Shown: positions 46,424-59,350 of the stretch, piece after piece
How the letters are laid out: every line of letters begins with the position of its first letter
Position numbering within the stretch: position 1 is the stretch's first letter
Source of the DNA: Callorhinchus milii
Lineage: Eukaryota
DNA length: 64,000 bases
Reading direction: 5' to 3'
Assembly: GCF_018977255.1 (NCBI RefSeq)
Contig: NW_024704743.1
Location: 84,942,001-85,006,000, forward strand
Program-made: the position numbers and the translations under genes
Notes under the pieces: generated by a model
Seen by the model: only the letters and a program-made list of their open reading frames with translations
Database searches by the model: none
Told to the model about the DNA's origin: nothing

Positions 46424-49147
46424 CCTATGTTCACTTCCTTTCCCCAACTACCCCCAGCTCAGTGTCCACCCTGCCATTGTACAGTGCTCCAAGATGCTAT
46501 TTTATGTGAAGGGTGATAATATAAATATAAGTTGTTGTTAATTGCTGTAATTTGCAACTTAAAAAATGGATCCTAGTGATAATTAAATTCATGAATATTT
46601 CCACAAATTAATAATCTTGACTAGTTAAGAGATAGCTGGCATTGATTTTAAGTAGATATGGTGAATGATGGGGAAGCCAAATAGGAGGTCAGAAAATAAC
46701 AAAAAGGGAAGTAAATGAGTAAATCCCCTTCACAGTTAAAAAGCAGTTGTTTATATACTTTATAAAACGTTTTTCTTTGAAAACATAACATGTAAAGAAT
46801 ACTCTATAAAGAGGGGGCAATAGAATATTTGGGGGCACAATTTACTGTATTGCTTAACCTGCCATTGCATTAATTAACACAAGGAATGGCATGTTCAGGA
46901 ATACCTGTACATTTGTTCAAAAACAATTTGGTCACTCAATCCACGACTACGTGCAATTGGCTGCCGCCTTTCGCCCACAAAATATACAGTCAATTCACTT
47001 TACAATATATTCTGTGAAGTGCTTTGAGATGCCGCAAAGACATAATAAGGCACAATATCAAATGAAAGGATTATTATTATTACTAATTTTGGGGGGGGGG
47101 CTGAGTTGGTTCCAAAGTGACATATCTGGCTTTGGAAGATGGTATTGAGTCAGTCCTCTGTTAAGGTCTTAGAAATCAAGTTTCTAAGCCAAGCAAGTCT
47201 GCAGTACTGCAAGGCATTGCTGTTGTCAGACCAGAGAACCTGGCTCAGTAAGAGAGCAGACCAGTGACTGGCAGCTGGGATACCTTCCACTCAGCTCCTG
47301 TTAACCCTCATGGGTAGGGTGATCTTAGTTGGACAAGCAACAGGAAGTTTGGCTAATCACTGTTTCGGAAGTCAAGACACTGCAAATTTTACCTGACAGA
47401 TTCTGAGTAAACACATTGTATTCTTGTGATTGCTTCAAAACAGATTTGCCATGTTATTGTGGAAACGAATAATTAAAATGAATAGTTGTGCAGATTCAAA
47501 GCGGTAACACCGCCTTCTATTTTTCTGTAAATGACTGTGTACAATCCGACAAATATTCCAGAGTGAAGCAACAAAAGTTTCCTCTCAGCAAATTTCATAA
47601 AGTCATAGAAATTTCCACACAGTATACCATTTGGCCCATTGTACCTTGCTGTGCAGGAGCTACAATTCCTTTTATACTGCATCTTCATTCTTCAAGTGTG
47701 TGTATCTAATTATCTTTTATAAAAAGCATTTGTCTCGGCTTCAGTGGCCCTTTGAGGTAAGATGTCTGCATACTAATAATCCTTCATGTTAAAAGTCTGT
47801 GCTCCATTGTGCTAATTTAACTGTGCAGATTGGGATGAGTAGAGGATTATCCAAATTCAGATGATTCAGTAAAGTGAGCTAAATCTGAGTTTCAATACCT
47901 TCTCACTCACATCAGCTGCTCTTTTTTTCTCTTTCCCACTCCTCTCCATATGATGAAATGGAAACATGGAACTCAGCCCAACTTTCACCTTGTATGGAGC
48001 AAGAGAAGGCAATTGTAGCTATTCCAAGTTAATGCTGTACTGTGTAGATTCACTGAGGCTTTTTGCTTTATCCCTAGCGATACTATGCTGTGAAAACTTT
48101 GCAGTAAATTAACATGTTTCTTCCCCTTCCATCTCCAGACATGAAACACCAGCTATTTAGTGTGTTCGAGGTTCAGATTTCAAATTCAGTGGTTACCTTG
48201 ACAGTATGCAGGATTTGATTGTAGCTGACATTAGTGTTTTGCAAATATGAACTTCATATATTACATTTTATCAGCTCTGTAAAAACTTAGTATTTTCCCA
48301 TCCCATCTCTGCAAGTTTTCACCATGGGATTCCTTTATATCAAGGCTCTGCAGCTGGTGTTATTTTAGATATGACGGGAAGTAAATCCTGAAAACCCGTG
48401 AGAGCTTGAACGAAAAATCTAGAAATTCCTTGGAGTTCTAAACCATGAGATCCAATAAATAAAAAGGGGGAAGAAAATGGTTCAACTGCTCAGCAGACTG
48501 CTGTCTGGTTGTGTCTGGTATAAATGAATTTAACCAGTCCACTTGCAAAGGACATGCTGTCGTTATTTGATACCACTGTGCAAATCCTGAAGTAGTACTT
48601 GGCTCCAAGTGAATCTTAACCTCAATTAAGGCTGACACGTGTACAGTCAGAGAGAAGCCTGTGTGTACATTCGTTCAGTAAATCCCCAAGAAGACCTCAA
48701 ACGCATCAGAGACTTGCAGTCAGTAAGAAGGAAAGATATGCAATTGAATGTCTTGCTTTGCCAGACCAGAATTTAAAAAATGAATCATTGGCTGGATGAA
48801 AGGAAAATGTAGGGAATTACTTTTACAACATGGTAAACATGTCGCTGATTTATTACTGATGCTTCTATCTTTCTTAATGTTTCTACAGGAAGCCATTTTT
48901 CTGTTTCTTCTGTTGAAAAAAATTAATTATTAGAATAAATTACAAGAATAAAGTTGCTCATTTTGGGAACGTGTCCTCAGGTGGACAAAGTGTATTGATA
49001 ACCTAGTTTTCAACCATCCCACCATCGTGTGTATATATAAATATATAATAAATATAATTCAATATAGGAATTGAAAGTGAGATACTCATAATCCAGAGCT
49101 TGTTGAGCCAAGCAGACACACAACTGAGAGATTTGCTACTAAATTGA

Positions 49148-49530
49148 TGTCAGCTGGCTCAGTTGGTAGTACACGAGCTGCTGAGTCAGAAGGTTGTGGG
49201 ATCAAGCCCCACGTCAAAACTTTTAGTTGAGAGGCTGGGCTGTTGCTTCACTGAAGTGCCCAGGGAGCACTGCATTGTCAGACGTGCTTTCCATCTAATG
49301 AGACATTAAACCAAGGTTGTGACTGCCTTTTCAGGAGGACGTTAAAGATCCCATAGCAGAAAGGAGTTTCTCTCAATATTCTGGCAAACAGATCTCCAGA
49401 CAACTTGACTGTCTATGGCAGTTTGCTTACTACGTTTCCCCTAAATAAACAGTTACTACACTTTACAGCAGTTCCCCATGAACGGCTTTATGATATTATA
49501 GGTGCTATATCAAATGCAAGGATTATTATC
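49148..49530 (+). mobile_element. Old Deu-type SINE
   Basis: Head ctggctcagttggtag..ctgagtcagaaggttgtgggatcaagcccc; tail aaatgcaaggattatt. Confidence 0.78.
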
Positions 49531-50699
49531 ACTATTAACAAATTTGCTTTAAAAGGTAGGAATCGATCATTATCCTGAAGGCCAGTGAAGGCTGTTTTTT
49601 TGTCTTTTGATATATTGTCCGACTTTTGGGGCCTTTTCTCAGTCGAGAATCCCCAAAAGCAAATGTGAAGAGCCAAAGAAAGCAAAAGAAAATACCAGAT
49701 TTTCAACCCATTGTGTCTTCTGTGTGGAATGTATTCACTTCAGTTTACTGCAAAACCTATGGCAAAAAAAAACAATCTACGTTGTTGAGTTTTCATATGA
49801 ATCATTCCTTTTGAAATTAGAGTTACGAGAAGAGCAATGAGCAATCCTTGTTTTGTTAAACCTAAATGTTCATAACCAACACGTTTCAGATGCGTAAAAG
49901 CATTGCCAGGTAGAGAAGCCTGCATTTTGAAGGTGTTTCTTATTTGTAATCAGTCTCCAGATGAAATTTGTTACAGCAGTGAAATGTGATCCATAGCAAC
50001 GGATGTCAGTCATGAACAGTAACCAGCCGAGCAGGATGGGGAAAGCCACGCTGTTTGCTAGTTTTGGCACTAATCCCCAGCTTTCACAATTTAAGTCTTT
50101 GAAAGCACTATTTTGCACAGCAGACTCTGCAAACCAGCAGCAAACTATCAGATATTACACCAATTTAATCACCTAAATTATCACACAATTTATATTCTGT
50201 TGATTTGAAAATGGAAGCTGAAATATAATCAAACGTTTCTCTTATATTTAAAAAAAATGCAGTACTCTTGCTTTATGGGTTTAAGCTGCTTGAAGGCTCA
50301 TATTATGTGAAACTGCTCTGTGTTTGCCAGACTCCCATTGCAGAGAAGCTATTTCCTCTTGGCGGTTCATACTTGAAAACTCTGAATGGAGAAAGTTGTG
50401 TGGTGGATACTGTTCTGTGCCTGAGTGAGAGGAAGCAGTGTCTCCCCATCACCTGCAATGTTTGCTGAAGATCTTGGCAGAACACAGGCTTGTGCATATG
50501 AAAAACAGGTTTTGAATAGTAGAACAAAACTAGAAAAATATATGTATTCCTCTGTTGCAACCAGGTTTTTCAACATTTCTCAGGGGAGAATTTTTTGAAG
50601 GTATAAATTGTTCTAGTGTTTTTCTCAGGGTCATTTGTGACCAAGAAAGTATGTGGGCTACCAGCTGACTGATAGTGGAAGCCATGGACATTGATGGTC

Positions 50700-50878
50700 T
50701 GAGCTGTTCATTGAAAACCCTGGGGCATTGCTGGTCTGAATTCTTCATTGGGAGCCCTGTAACTGTGCTGTCTATTGGGAGCTCTGTAACAGTGCTGGTC
50801 CATTGGGAAACCTGCAACTGTTGGTCAGTTCTGCCCATAGAAAGACCTGTCAATGCTGGTTAGAGCTGTCCATTGCAA
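50700..50878. repeat. Degenerate minisatellite, units of about 26-35 bp
   Basis: Recurring core cattgggagccctgtaactgtgctg(g)tc, about 6 variant units. Confidence 0.7.
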
Positions 50879-53800
50879 CAGTAGTTATGTGGAATTAACT
50901 TGGCCATCTCACTCAGAGGGATCACAGGATGGCTGGTGTGGAGAATGGAAGATGTTACATTGATACACTAGGGAGTACTCTTCTGTGGTTAGAGCAGAGG
51001 CACATTGTTAAGGCAACATCTTGAGAACTTCCTGACATGTAGGTTACCTGATGCTGAGGGAGTGTTGCCCAATGTGGGAAAGTGGGCTATTTTTCAGTTG
51101 TATTATCCTTCACCATGACCATATATTGGTTCATATATTAAAGAAAATCGTAAAACAGTCCTTAACAAGTGCCATTGTTTGTTGTCAATATTTCTGAATT
51201 CACCAGTTATGCAGGTCAGCAGGGACATGTGCTTAAAGGAGTATTATCTTTAATCTTCTGAAAGGGGTGGGGTGCTTGGAATGAAGAATCCCTCAGAAGT
51301 AAATGTTAAATACAATCAGTAGCTGAAGGGTTTTTCTTCAGACATCCAGATGAAAAGCAGATGTGTTTTGCTGGCAGAACTTTGGAAAATGCATATGCTG
51401 GCTGTCATCAAAGGCTGATACAATTATTATTTTATTATTATTTCAGCAACAGTGATTGAGAGCTATCATTTTATTACTAAATCTTAACTACAATTTCTAC
51501 TGAGATTTAAGAATATCATATCAAGTAAAGGCCCTTTAGTTATCTAGGTTCTCTGTGAGTGTCTGGCTTAAACATGTTTTATCCTTTTCCTATCCCAAAT
51601 CTATACATTCTTCCCCCACCCCCATCCCCACACACAAACATACACACGCAATCCTTACATATACACATACATACACTTCTGAAGCAGGAATCAATCCAAC
51701 TCATTTTCAGTCCTTCAGCTGTCAGCGTTATGTGGCACTATGTGGTAATCTGTAACTGCTCTCTCTACTAAATTGTTACTCCTTGAGTTAAGCTCAAATC
51801 TTTACCTTTCAATCACACACACACAGTGGCACACAAAGTATTTTCCTATGCTCACTTTAAAAGTCACATTCTTTATTTTGAAAACACATATAGTGTCCTA
51901 AGAGCCTCAAATCATCCTTTGATTTCCTTTCAATGCTTTCCACTGCCTCTGTTTCTTTTCCAGTAAATACGGCAGCCATATCACACCACATAAATGCTCC
52001 AAATGTGGGTTATGGAAGTGCTTTATCAGCAACATTTACAATATTTGCACCTATAATTAGCACTACTTGCATGTTCCAGTATTTTAGTTGTAATTGTCAC
52101 ATAACAATGGTGAAACTTTCCCACACCACTGAAGGTTGGTAAATTTACCAACAAGCAGACAGTAAAGGTCAGTACATTTGCTCAAATGGGGAGAATAGTC
52201 TCCTGTGTTTTTTGTTCACAACCGTGATTGAAGTGCACCCTGTGCTACTATAGTGCTTGCTGCATAAAACTGAAACCAGCATGTGTTATAAGGGAGTGGT
52301 AGGCTGTTTTTGCGGAAGTTGCACACTATACTTATCTGGGTGTCGTACTATTTATATTGTTACCATGTAGTAACGGTTAAGTTAATATTAGCTATCAGTT
52401 TCTCTCCTATGACAAGCACGTTGCCAATGTGGTTGAAAAGATACTCCTCGGGAAAGCAGGAGGGTTACTGGTGCCTCGTTATTGCCAAAGAAAAAGGCCT
52501 TACAACATAAACAGTCTCTCCTGCAGGGACCCACATGACGAGGCATCAGTTTTTCAAAATGTATGTGTGGGAGTTGATGTCAAAAGACACACACACACAC
52601 AAATGTAATGAATCAAAAGCTTCATCTAGCCACAGAGATAGGATTTAACCGTGTGGAACAGGAGCAGGCCAGAGCAGCCTGTGCCTTAGATTGTAAATAA
52701 AACTCAAATAATTGTTCTCTAAAAAAGAAATACAAAGCATTTGAAATAAATCTTTCTGCAAACACAGCTTTTGTAGATAACTGACTTCAATGGTAAAAAG
52801 TTGCAATGTATTTGTGAAACATTGTTAGCTTTAATGGATGTAGCTGAAACCTATAGGGTTGAACTGACTCTGAGGATACATACCTGGCTCATTAATGAGA
52901 CTTGAAGGTGTAGACATGCCCACAATCCTATGAGGCAAAGCCCCAACTGACAGGGTGATCAGAACTGAACAAGTACCTGGAAACTGCCCAGTGTTTCATA
53001 CTTACAAGCTTGTCATGTTTAAGATGTAAAATATCCATCATTCATTAGTTAGTACATTTTAGTACAACTTCTGTTGTGATCATCAAACCCCTAAATTTAC
53101 AATCACATTTCACATTTGTGTCATCATCTGTGATAGTTTTTTTTAAAAAAAAACTTTAAATCAATGGAAGAAACCAAATGAAAACTGCACAATCATAACT
53201 GCGTGATTGAGGTTATATTTTATTTCAAAAGCATAAAAAGAAAATAATAAATACATGTTGATTAATTGATTACAATAATTCATTTCATTTAAGATGCTAA
53301 TTTGGATTGAGAAAAATAAACCCAGAACAATACTTCTGGCAGACACTCAAGGCAGGTTCAGGTTTGTAAAGAACAATTTCTGAGCAGCCATAAGAACCAG
53401 TTCACTGGATCACAAGATCAGTTTGGAAGAAGGGCCTACAGGCCATCTAATCTCATTCTTCAAGAACCCTCCACTCCCCCACCCAACTGTCCCCCAATCA
53501 CAGCATCAAGCTGTTTTTTGAATGAGTCCAATGTCCTGTTCTTCACGTACCTTTCCTGACAATCTGTTCCAGTTGTTGATTACTCTGTGTAAAGAAAAAC
53601 TTCCTGATATCTGTCCTGAAATTGCCCTTATGTGTTTCTTGTTCTGTATTGTTTAATCCTAAAGTTCTGATGTGTTTACTTTTTCAATCTTATTTCAAAT
53701 TTTATGTTTATATTTTATGAGAACTGTTCTGAGTTGTCTTCGTTCAAGACTAAAAATTGACTAATGCATGAGTGTTAAGAAATAAAAGTAACAGACCCAT

Positions 53801-55000
53801 TGAACATGAGTTTTGAAGTAACTCAAATACTTGTTCCAGCATGTTCCCTCAAGTAATCAGGGGACTAATGATGGGACTGCTGACCACCACATTCTAGATC
53901 TGTTAATTAAGGCTGAATTTTCATTCAGTTTACATGCAAGGAAATCCCAATTATATTTACTCTACTTGGTATTTGTTATTGTTGTTGTTGTATTTGTAGT
54001 TTTAAAAATTGTTCGACCTCCTTCAACCAAACCGACCCAGCCATTTCTTTTGCTCAAAGAACACCATCCTGCTTTATGTCCCTCTCTCTATCCCCTCACC
54101 ATCGATGGGTGGGCTTTCAGCCATTCTGTCCCTACTCTCTGGAACTCCATTCTGGAAACCCTCTGACTCACACCCTCTCTCTTCTCTTTCAAGGCACCTC
54201 TCAAAACATATCTCTCTGACCTCATTTAGTTATCTTTCCCCTCCCCACACCCCTCGGTTCCAATCACCAGCTCAGGTTCTGATCACGTGTACTTTGAGAG
54301 GTCTCTTTGGTCAAGCATCAGCTGAGTGGATAGCTTGGTGTAGAGGGTACATAGATTATTTGTGGTGCGGCACATTTTCTTCTGTTCTGCATGGGTAGTT
54401 ACCTAGCCTCTATTGCGCATCTATCTGTGATGGTAATATCAAGACTGATAATTTGTGGGGAAATAGGTGCGAAGCCACATCTTAACACTTCACATTACGG
54501 TGTGTGGGAACATCAATGCACAACATCACCCAAAGTTTGCTAGAACTTTTTCAACAATAAGGTCAGTTTATTCAAATGAAGATGTTCATTTCCTTTATCA
54601 GGACACCTAAACTGTTTTTGCATTTCTATATATTTGCAATGTTTAGCATCTCATTTGAAGCATATTTGCTTTGAATTTCTGACTGGTTTTCTCTGAACTC
54701 TGTCCATACAACCTGTGACTGATTGTGAGTGAAAATAGTAATTTGGAACCAACCCACAAAAATTTTTACAATTTTAGCCCCAAATGGGAATATCAAGACT
54801 GTGAATAAGAGTAGGAAAATCATGACTGACGTAAAAGAAAACTGGCTGCTGCCAAGTCTGAGATTTGCAAATACCCTGCTGTATTGGAAAAATTGGAGAT
54901 ATTTGGGGTCTAACCTAAGCTATTTGTGAACACTAGCAAATGTTTCATTCTCCACTTATAGGATTTTCCATTAAGCTTCACTGGCGTTAGCAAACAGTGG

Positions 55001-55240
55001 GGGAGAAATTCCACCTGGATCTACATTGACTCTATTTTCTTAGCATTTCAGAGCATCCAGAATTTGCTAAATTCTTAAACGGTATTTTGATTCAAATCAG
55101 CTTTTCTGTAAATTCTTTTAAAAACTACTTTTAAAGCTTTAGAGTTAATACTGAATTTAGGAATTCACCAAATTCCAGAGGATGCTCTGAAATGCAACAT
55201 ACATAGAGCAAATCTAGACCTAGGCAGAATTTCATATTCC
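55001..55240. mobile_element. Palindromic MITE-like element
   Basis: Perfect 16-bp inverted repeat gcatttcagagcatcc (55043-55058) / ggatgctctgaaatgc (55180-55195), plus imperfect inner and outer arms. Confidence 0.65.
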
Positions 55241-56889
55241 AACGATGCACCACATCAAACTGTATCTTTTTAGTTTCTGTTAAAATCACCCAAACTAAAT
55301 AGTCTCATTATACTAACACGTACTAACCTAAGGCAGTACAATTAAAATAGTAATTTCAGCCAATTGAAATTATTTTAAAGTTGTGCAATATCAGTTTAGA
55401 TACCAGGAATTTTTTTTACTCAGAATAATTAATGATTGGAAGAGTTTTCCAGACTGGGCATTTGAGGCCAGGACACTGGATTCATCTAATAAAAAGTTTG
55501 ATGCTGTGATGGGAATATGATAGGGTGAGTGTTCTGAATGGATGAGATCAGATGAGCCGAAGGGCCTTCTTCATCTGAACCAATCTCGTTATCCTATGAT
55601 CTTGTAAATTCAGTCCTGGAAAGAAGCAGGAGAATGAGAGGCAGGAGGTTGTTATGTTTTCTTGCTCTCCTGTTGGTGAAATTAATACTGCACTTGTGCA
55701 ATCAACATTTCAAATCCAACATCCTGTGATTTCTTATAAATTGTAGAGAGCTCAAATTTCTGTCATGTTCATTCTTTGCAGCATTCAATTCTCCTAAGTT
55801 TGGAAGTAATGCTTGAATTGTAAAAGTGTGTGCACCCAAGCAATGAACAAATGAAATGGCATTTAGTGAGCCAATCGTACCTTATTAGAGGATGAAAAAG
55901 TTTATTTATTAAAGAACAAAATATGCATTTTCGTCTCAAGTGGGGATGTCGAGAACAAGTGTAAGAAAGTCAAGACAATCAGAAAGAAAACCTGCGGCTG
56001 CTACCAAATATGCTACATTGCAAAATATTTCACCTGCTGCACAAGTCATTTCTGAGAATAATATCAAACAATCTTTGCTTATTAATTTCAAGTGAAACTG
56101 TTTCGTTACCCACATGACTAAACAATACCCTTAATACCGCAACAGCAAGTCATAGTCATTTGCTTAAAAATTCTGTGCAATGTTGCAACTTAGCATTGGA
56201 GACTACATGACCCATTTCATTTCTCCTATTGGTAAATTGCTCTTTTTTTGTTTCTCTGCTCTAGAATCAGTGTACGTTTTAAATGTTTGCAAAGGAAACC
56301 TGCTATTTCCTGCTGCTGTTCAGGAAGCATTACAGGGGAGATCTCAGATATTATCAACAGCGATATGGTCACACATTGTCTCTGTATTTTGTCACATTAT
56401 ATGGGTGTTAATTTAATTTAGCCAGCTGGAACCGAATGCCAGTCAAACAGCTGTCACATATCAGGCTGTCATATATCAGGCGATACATACTACGACAGAC
56501 TTTAACCAATGAGAGAAGTACAAATCAGCCCAGGTGTTTGTAACGCCCAGTGACTCACAACAAATCACCAAGGATTCAAAGTGGATTGCTGTTGGAGCAC
56601 TGTTAATTTAGCAAAAAAACATAGCACCATCTGTCTGAGCATGAAAAGTACAAACAAGTGCACTTGTTTGTATTTGCAAAAACTGTGCCATTTGCAGCAA
56701 ATAAATAAGAATGAATTCAAATATAAGTGTAATAGTGGTGAGGTTATTTTGCTTTGCTAAACGCTTGGTTTATCGTAAGTATATAATGAACTTGGGCTGA
56801 TAATGAACACTATGCTGTGCCCTCTACATAATTTACACATTACCTTCTGTGGCTTTAATCAGGCAAATTTCTTTATTTTCTTTTTATAT

Positions 56890-57027
56890 TTGGAGAGGAC
56901 AAGTTTGCAGGGCTATGGGGAGAACATGGGGAGTAGGATTCATTTGGATCACTCTTTTCAAAGAGCCGGCACAGACACGATGGCCGAATGCCCTCCTTCT
57001 GTGCTGTATAAGTCTATGATTCTATGA
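56890..57027 (+). mobile_element. CR1-type 3' tail
   Basis: Highly similar to 45375-45517. Confidence 0.75.
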
Positions 57028-57375
57028 TATTTTGATAATTTAAACTATTTTATTTTAAATGTACACAATTCATCTTTTTTTTAAAAAAACTGTTTGCTTC
57101 AAGTGCAATGAACAAAAATTATAAAATAACAAAGTAAAATCATGTACAAATTAATATTGCATTGTCTCACATGGGGCTCATTTTCAAATTATTATTAATT
57201 ACTTTATTATTCTGCCTGTTCTGTGGCAGATTTTAAATGTGCAGATTTACTCATTGTAAAAGATAACTAAAATAAACAGTTAATTACTCAGCAATCAAGT
57301 TAATTTAACACCAGGTACAAAAGTTACAAGTTCAGTTTGGATGAAGAGGACCTTTCGGCCCATTTGATCTCAGCC

Positions 57376-59090
57376 AACAACAACAGCTTGCATTTATATA
57401 GTGCCCTCCATTCCGGGCAGCATCCCAGCAACAATGGTGGTGGCCAGTGCTGAGCTGAGGGAGGGGAAGGTGACCACGGACATGGTTGAATAAGATGGTC
57501 TTCAGCCGCAACCTGAAAATGGGGAAAGAGGGGACAAGCCAAAGGGATTGAGGGAGGGAGTTCCATAGCTTTGGGACGTAGTGGCTGAAGGCACGGCCGC
57601 CGATGGTGGAGCGGATGATTCGAAGGACGCGGAGGAAGCTGGAGCCAGTAGAGCAGAGGCAGCAGGTAGTGCTGTGAGGAGAGAAGAGGTTGGAGAGTTA
57701 GGGAGGTGCCAAGGCGTGGAAGGATTTAAATACTAGAGTGAGGATCTTGAAGTTGATCCGTTCTGTGACAGGGAGCCAGTGGAGTTTGGCCAGGACTGGG
57801 GTAATTGGGGTGTGGAGTTTAGTGCGGGTGAGATTGCGGACGGCGGAATTTTGGATGAGTTGAATTTTGTGAATAGTTGAGAAGGGGAGACAGCGAGGAG
57901 GCCGTTTGATTAGTCCAGCCGAGAGGTGACATGGGCATGGACAAGGGTTTCGGCAGCTTGTGGAATGAGGTATTGTCGGAGATGGGGAATATGGTGGAGG
58001 AAAGCGGTCCTGGGCAGCAACCAGACGTGGGAGAGGAAGGATAACTGTGAATCGAACTTGATGCCTAAACTGCACATGGGTTCAGAAATTTTTAAGGACA
58101 GATCGGATAGGTTGAGGAGGTCTGAATCGTGCGACAGAAGACATCGACGGGAGCCAAAGAATATGGCTTCCGTCTTGTTGATGTTTGCACTCATCCAGGC
58201 CTTGATTTCTGTCAGACAATCTGACAGAACATCAGAAGACTGGGGGTTGGAGCTGCAGGAGGAGAGTGGAGTTGAGGTCACCTTGGGGTACCCTACAGGT
58301 GACCGGCTGGGGACGAGAAGAGAAAACATTTGCGAAAATATAGTGCTGGCGGTTTGTAAGGTAGGATTCAAACCAAACACGTGCAGTTCCACTGAGGTGG
58401 ATGATGTAGGATTCATCAGGGTTATGGAGAATGAGAAGGAGGAAGGAAAGATGGGGGCAAAGGAATGTAGGATGCGGGCCGTGGTAGTAGCTGGGGGGGT
58501 GGGTCAAGGAGATGGAATGGGTTGGGGGTGGGTGTTGGTAGGGGACACGGGGCAGGAGGATGAGGCTGCCAGGCAGATGTTTTCTATTTTAGAGGAAAGG
58601 AAGTCCATGATCTCTTCACACTTGGCGTTTGATGTAATGATTGAGGGTGCTTGAGGGGGCGCATGGAAGAGGTGATGGGTGGTAGAGTATAGGATTTGGA
58701 GTTATTTTTGGCCTCCAGAATGATCTTTGATACAGAGATACAAATACACAGTTTTTGCTTAAGAGAGGGAGCATCAGCAGGTGTGAAGATGCGCCTCCAG
58801 CCACAGCTGCCGGTGAACTGTGAGGCTGGTTTTCTGCCACCTGCGCTCGAGATTTTAGGAAGCGGAGCGGGTTTGGGATTTTAGGAAGCGGAGATGGCTG
58901 TTGTACAGGGGGAGCGGGTGGGTTTGGAGACGGTTCTGGATTTGAGGGGATCAAGAGAGTTGAAGGTGGAGGAGAGGCGATCATGGAGCAGTTTGACTGC
59001 ATCAGGGTTACTGCGGGTGGAAGGCCAGATGATGATAGGGCATTTGTGAGGGTGAGGATGAAAGGGAATCCTTCCAGAATACCCACCCTA
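57376..59090 (-). mobile_element. L2 LINE, decayed, with internal deletions
   Basis: Minus-strand pieces: WFESYLTNR..RVPQG, CLTEIKAWMS..NKTE, AETLVHAHVTSRLD and ITPVLAKLHWLPV. A (CAA)n tail is seen on the + strand at 57376. Confidence 0.9.
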
Positions 59091-59350
59091 TCGTCCTCTC
59101 ATCACAGCAATAAGCAGTTTTTTAAATGGGAATTTACTGCTTTATATTTCTGGTCAAAGTTCTGTTCAGTAAAGTGCCATAGATGTATTTTCTGTGAGTT
59201 CCATGGTTTCTTTAGGAAGAATTTCATCGCAGAATAACTGTGCTCTTTTCATTTTTCAGTATCACTTTGTCCTTATCCAGGCCATTCTTTCATGGATGTG
59301 CCTTTTTATATACAGTTATTATTGTTATTATTATTATTAGTGGTAGTACC

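Noticed and set aside
46188..46541. Recurrent ORF 'GKFPYST..IIIPPKPK..' (also at 8261, 16056, 31573) as a small gene family
   Set aside because: These are translations of the same SINE body.
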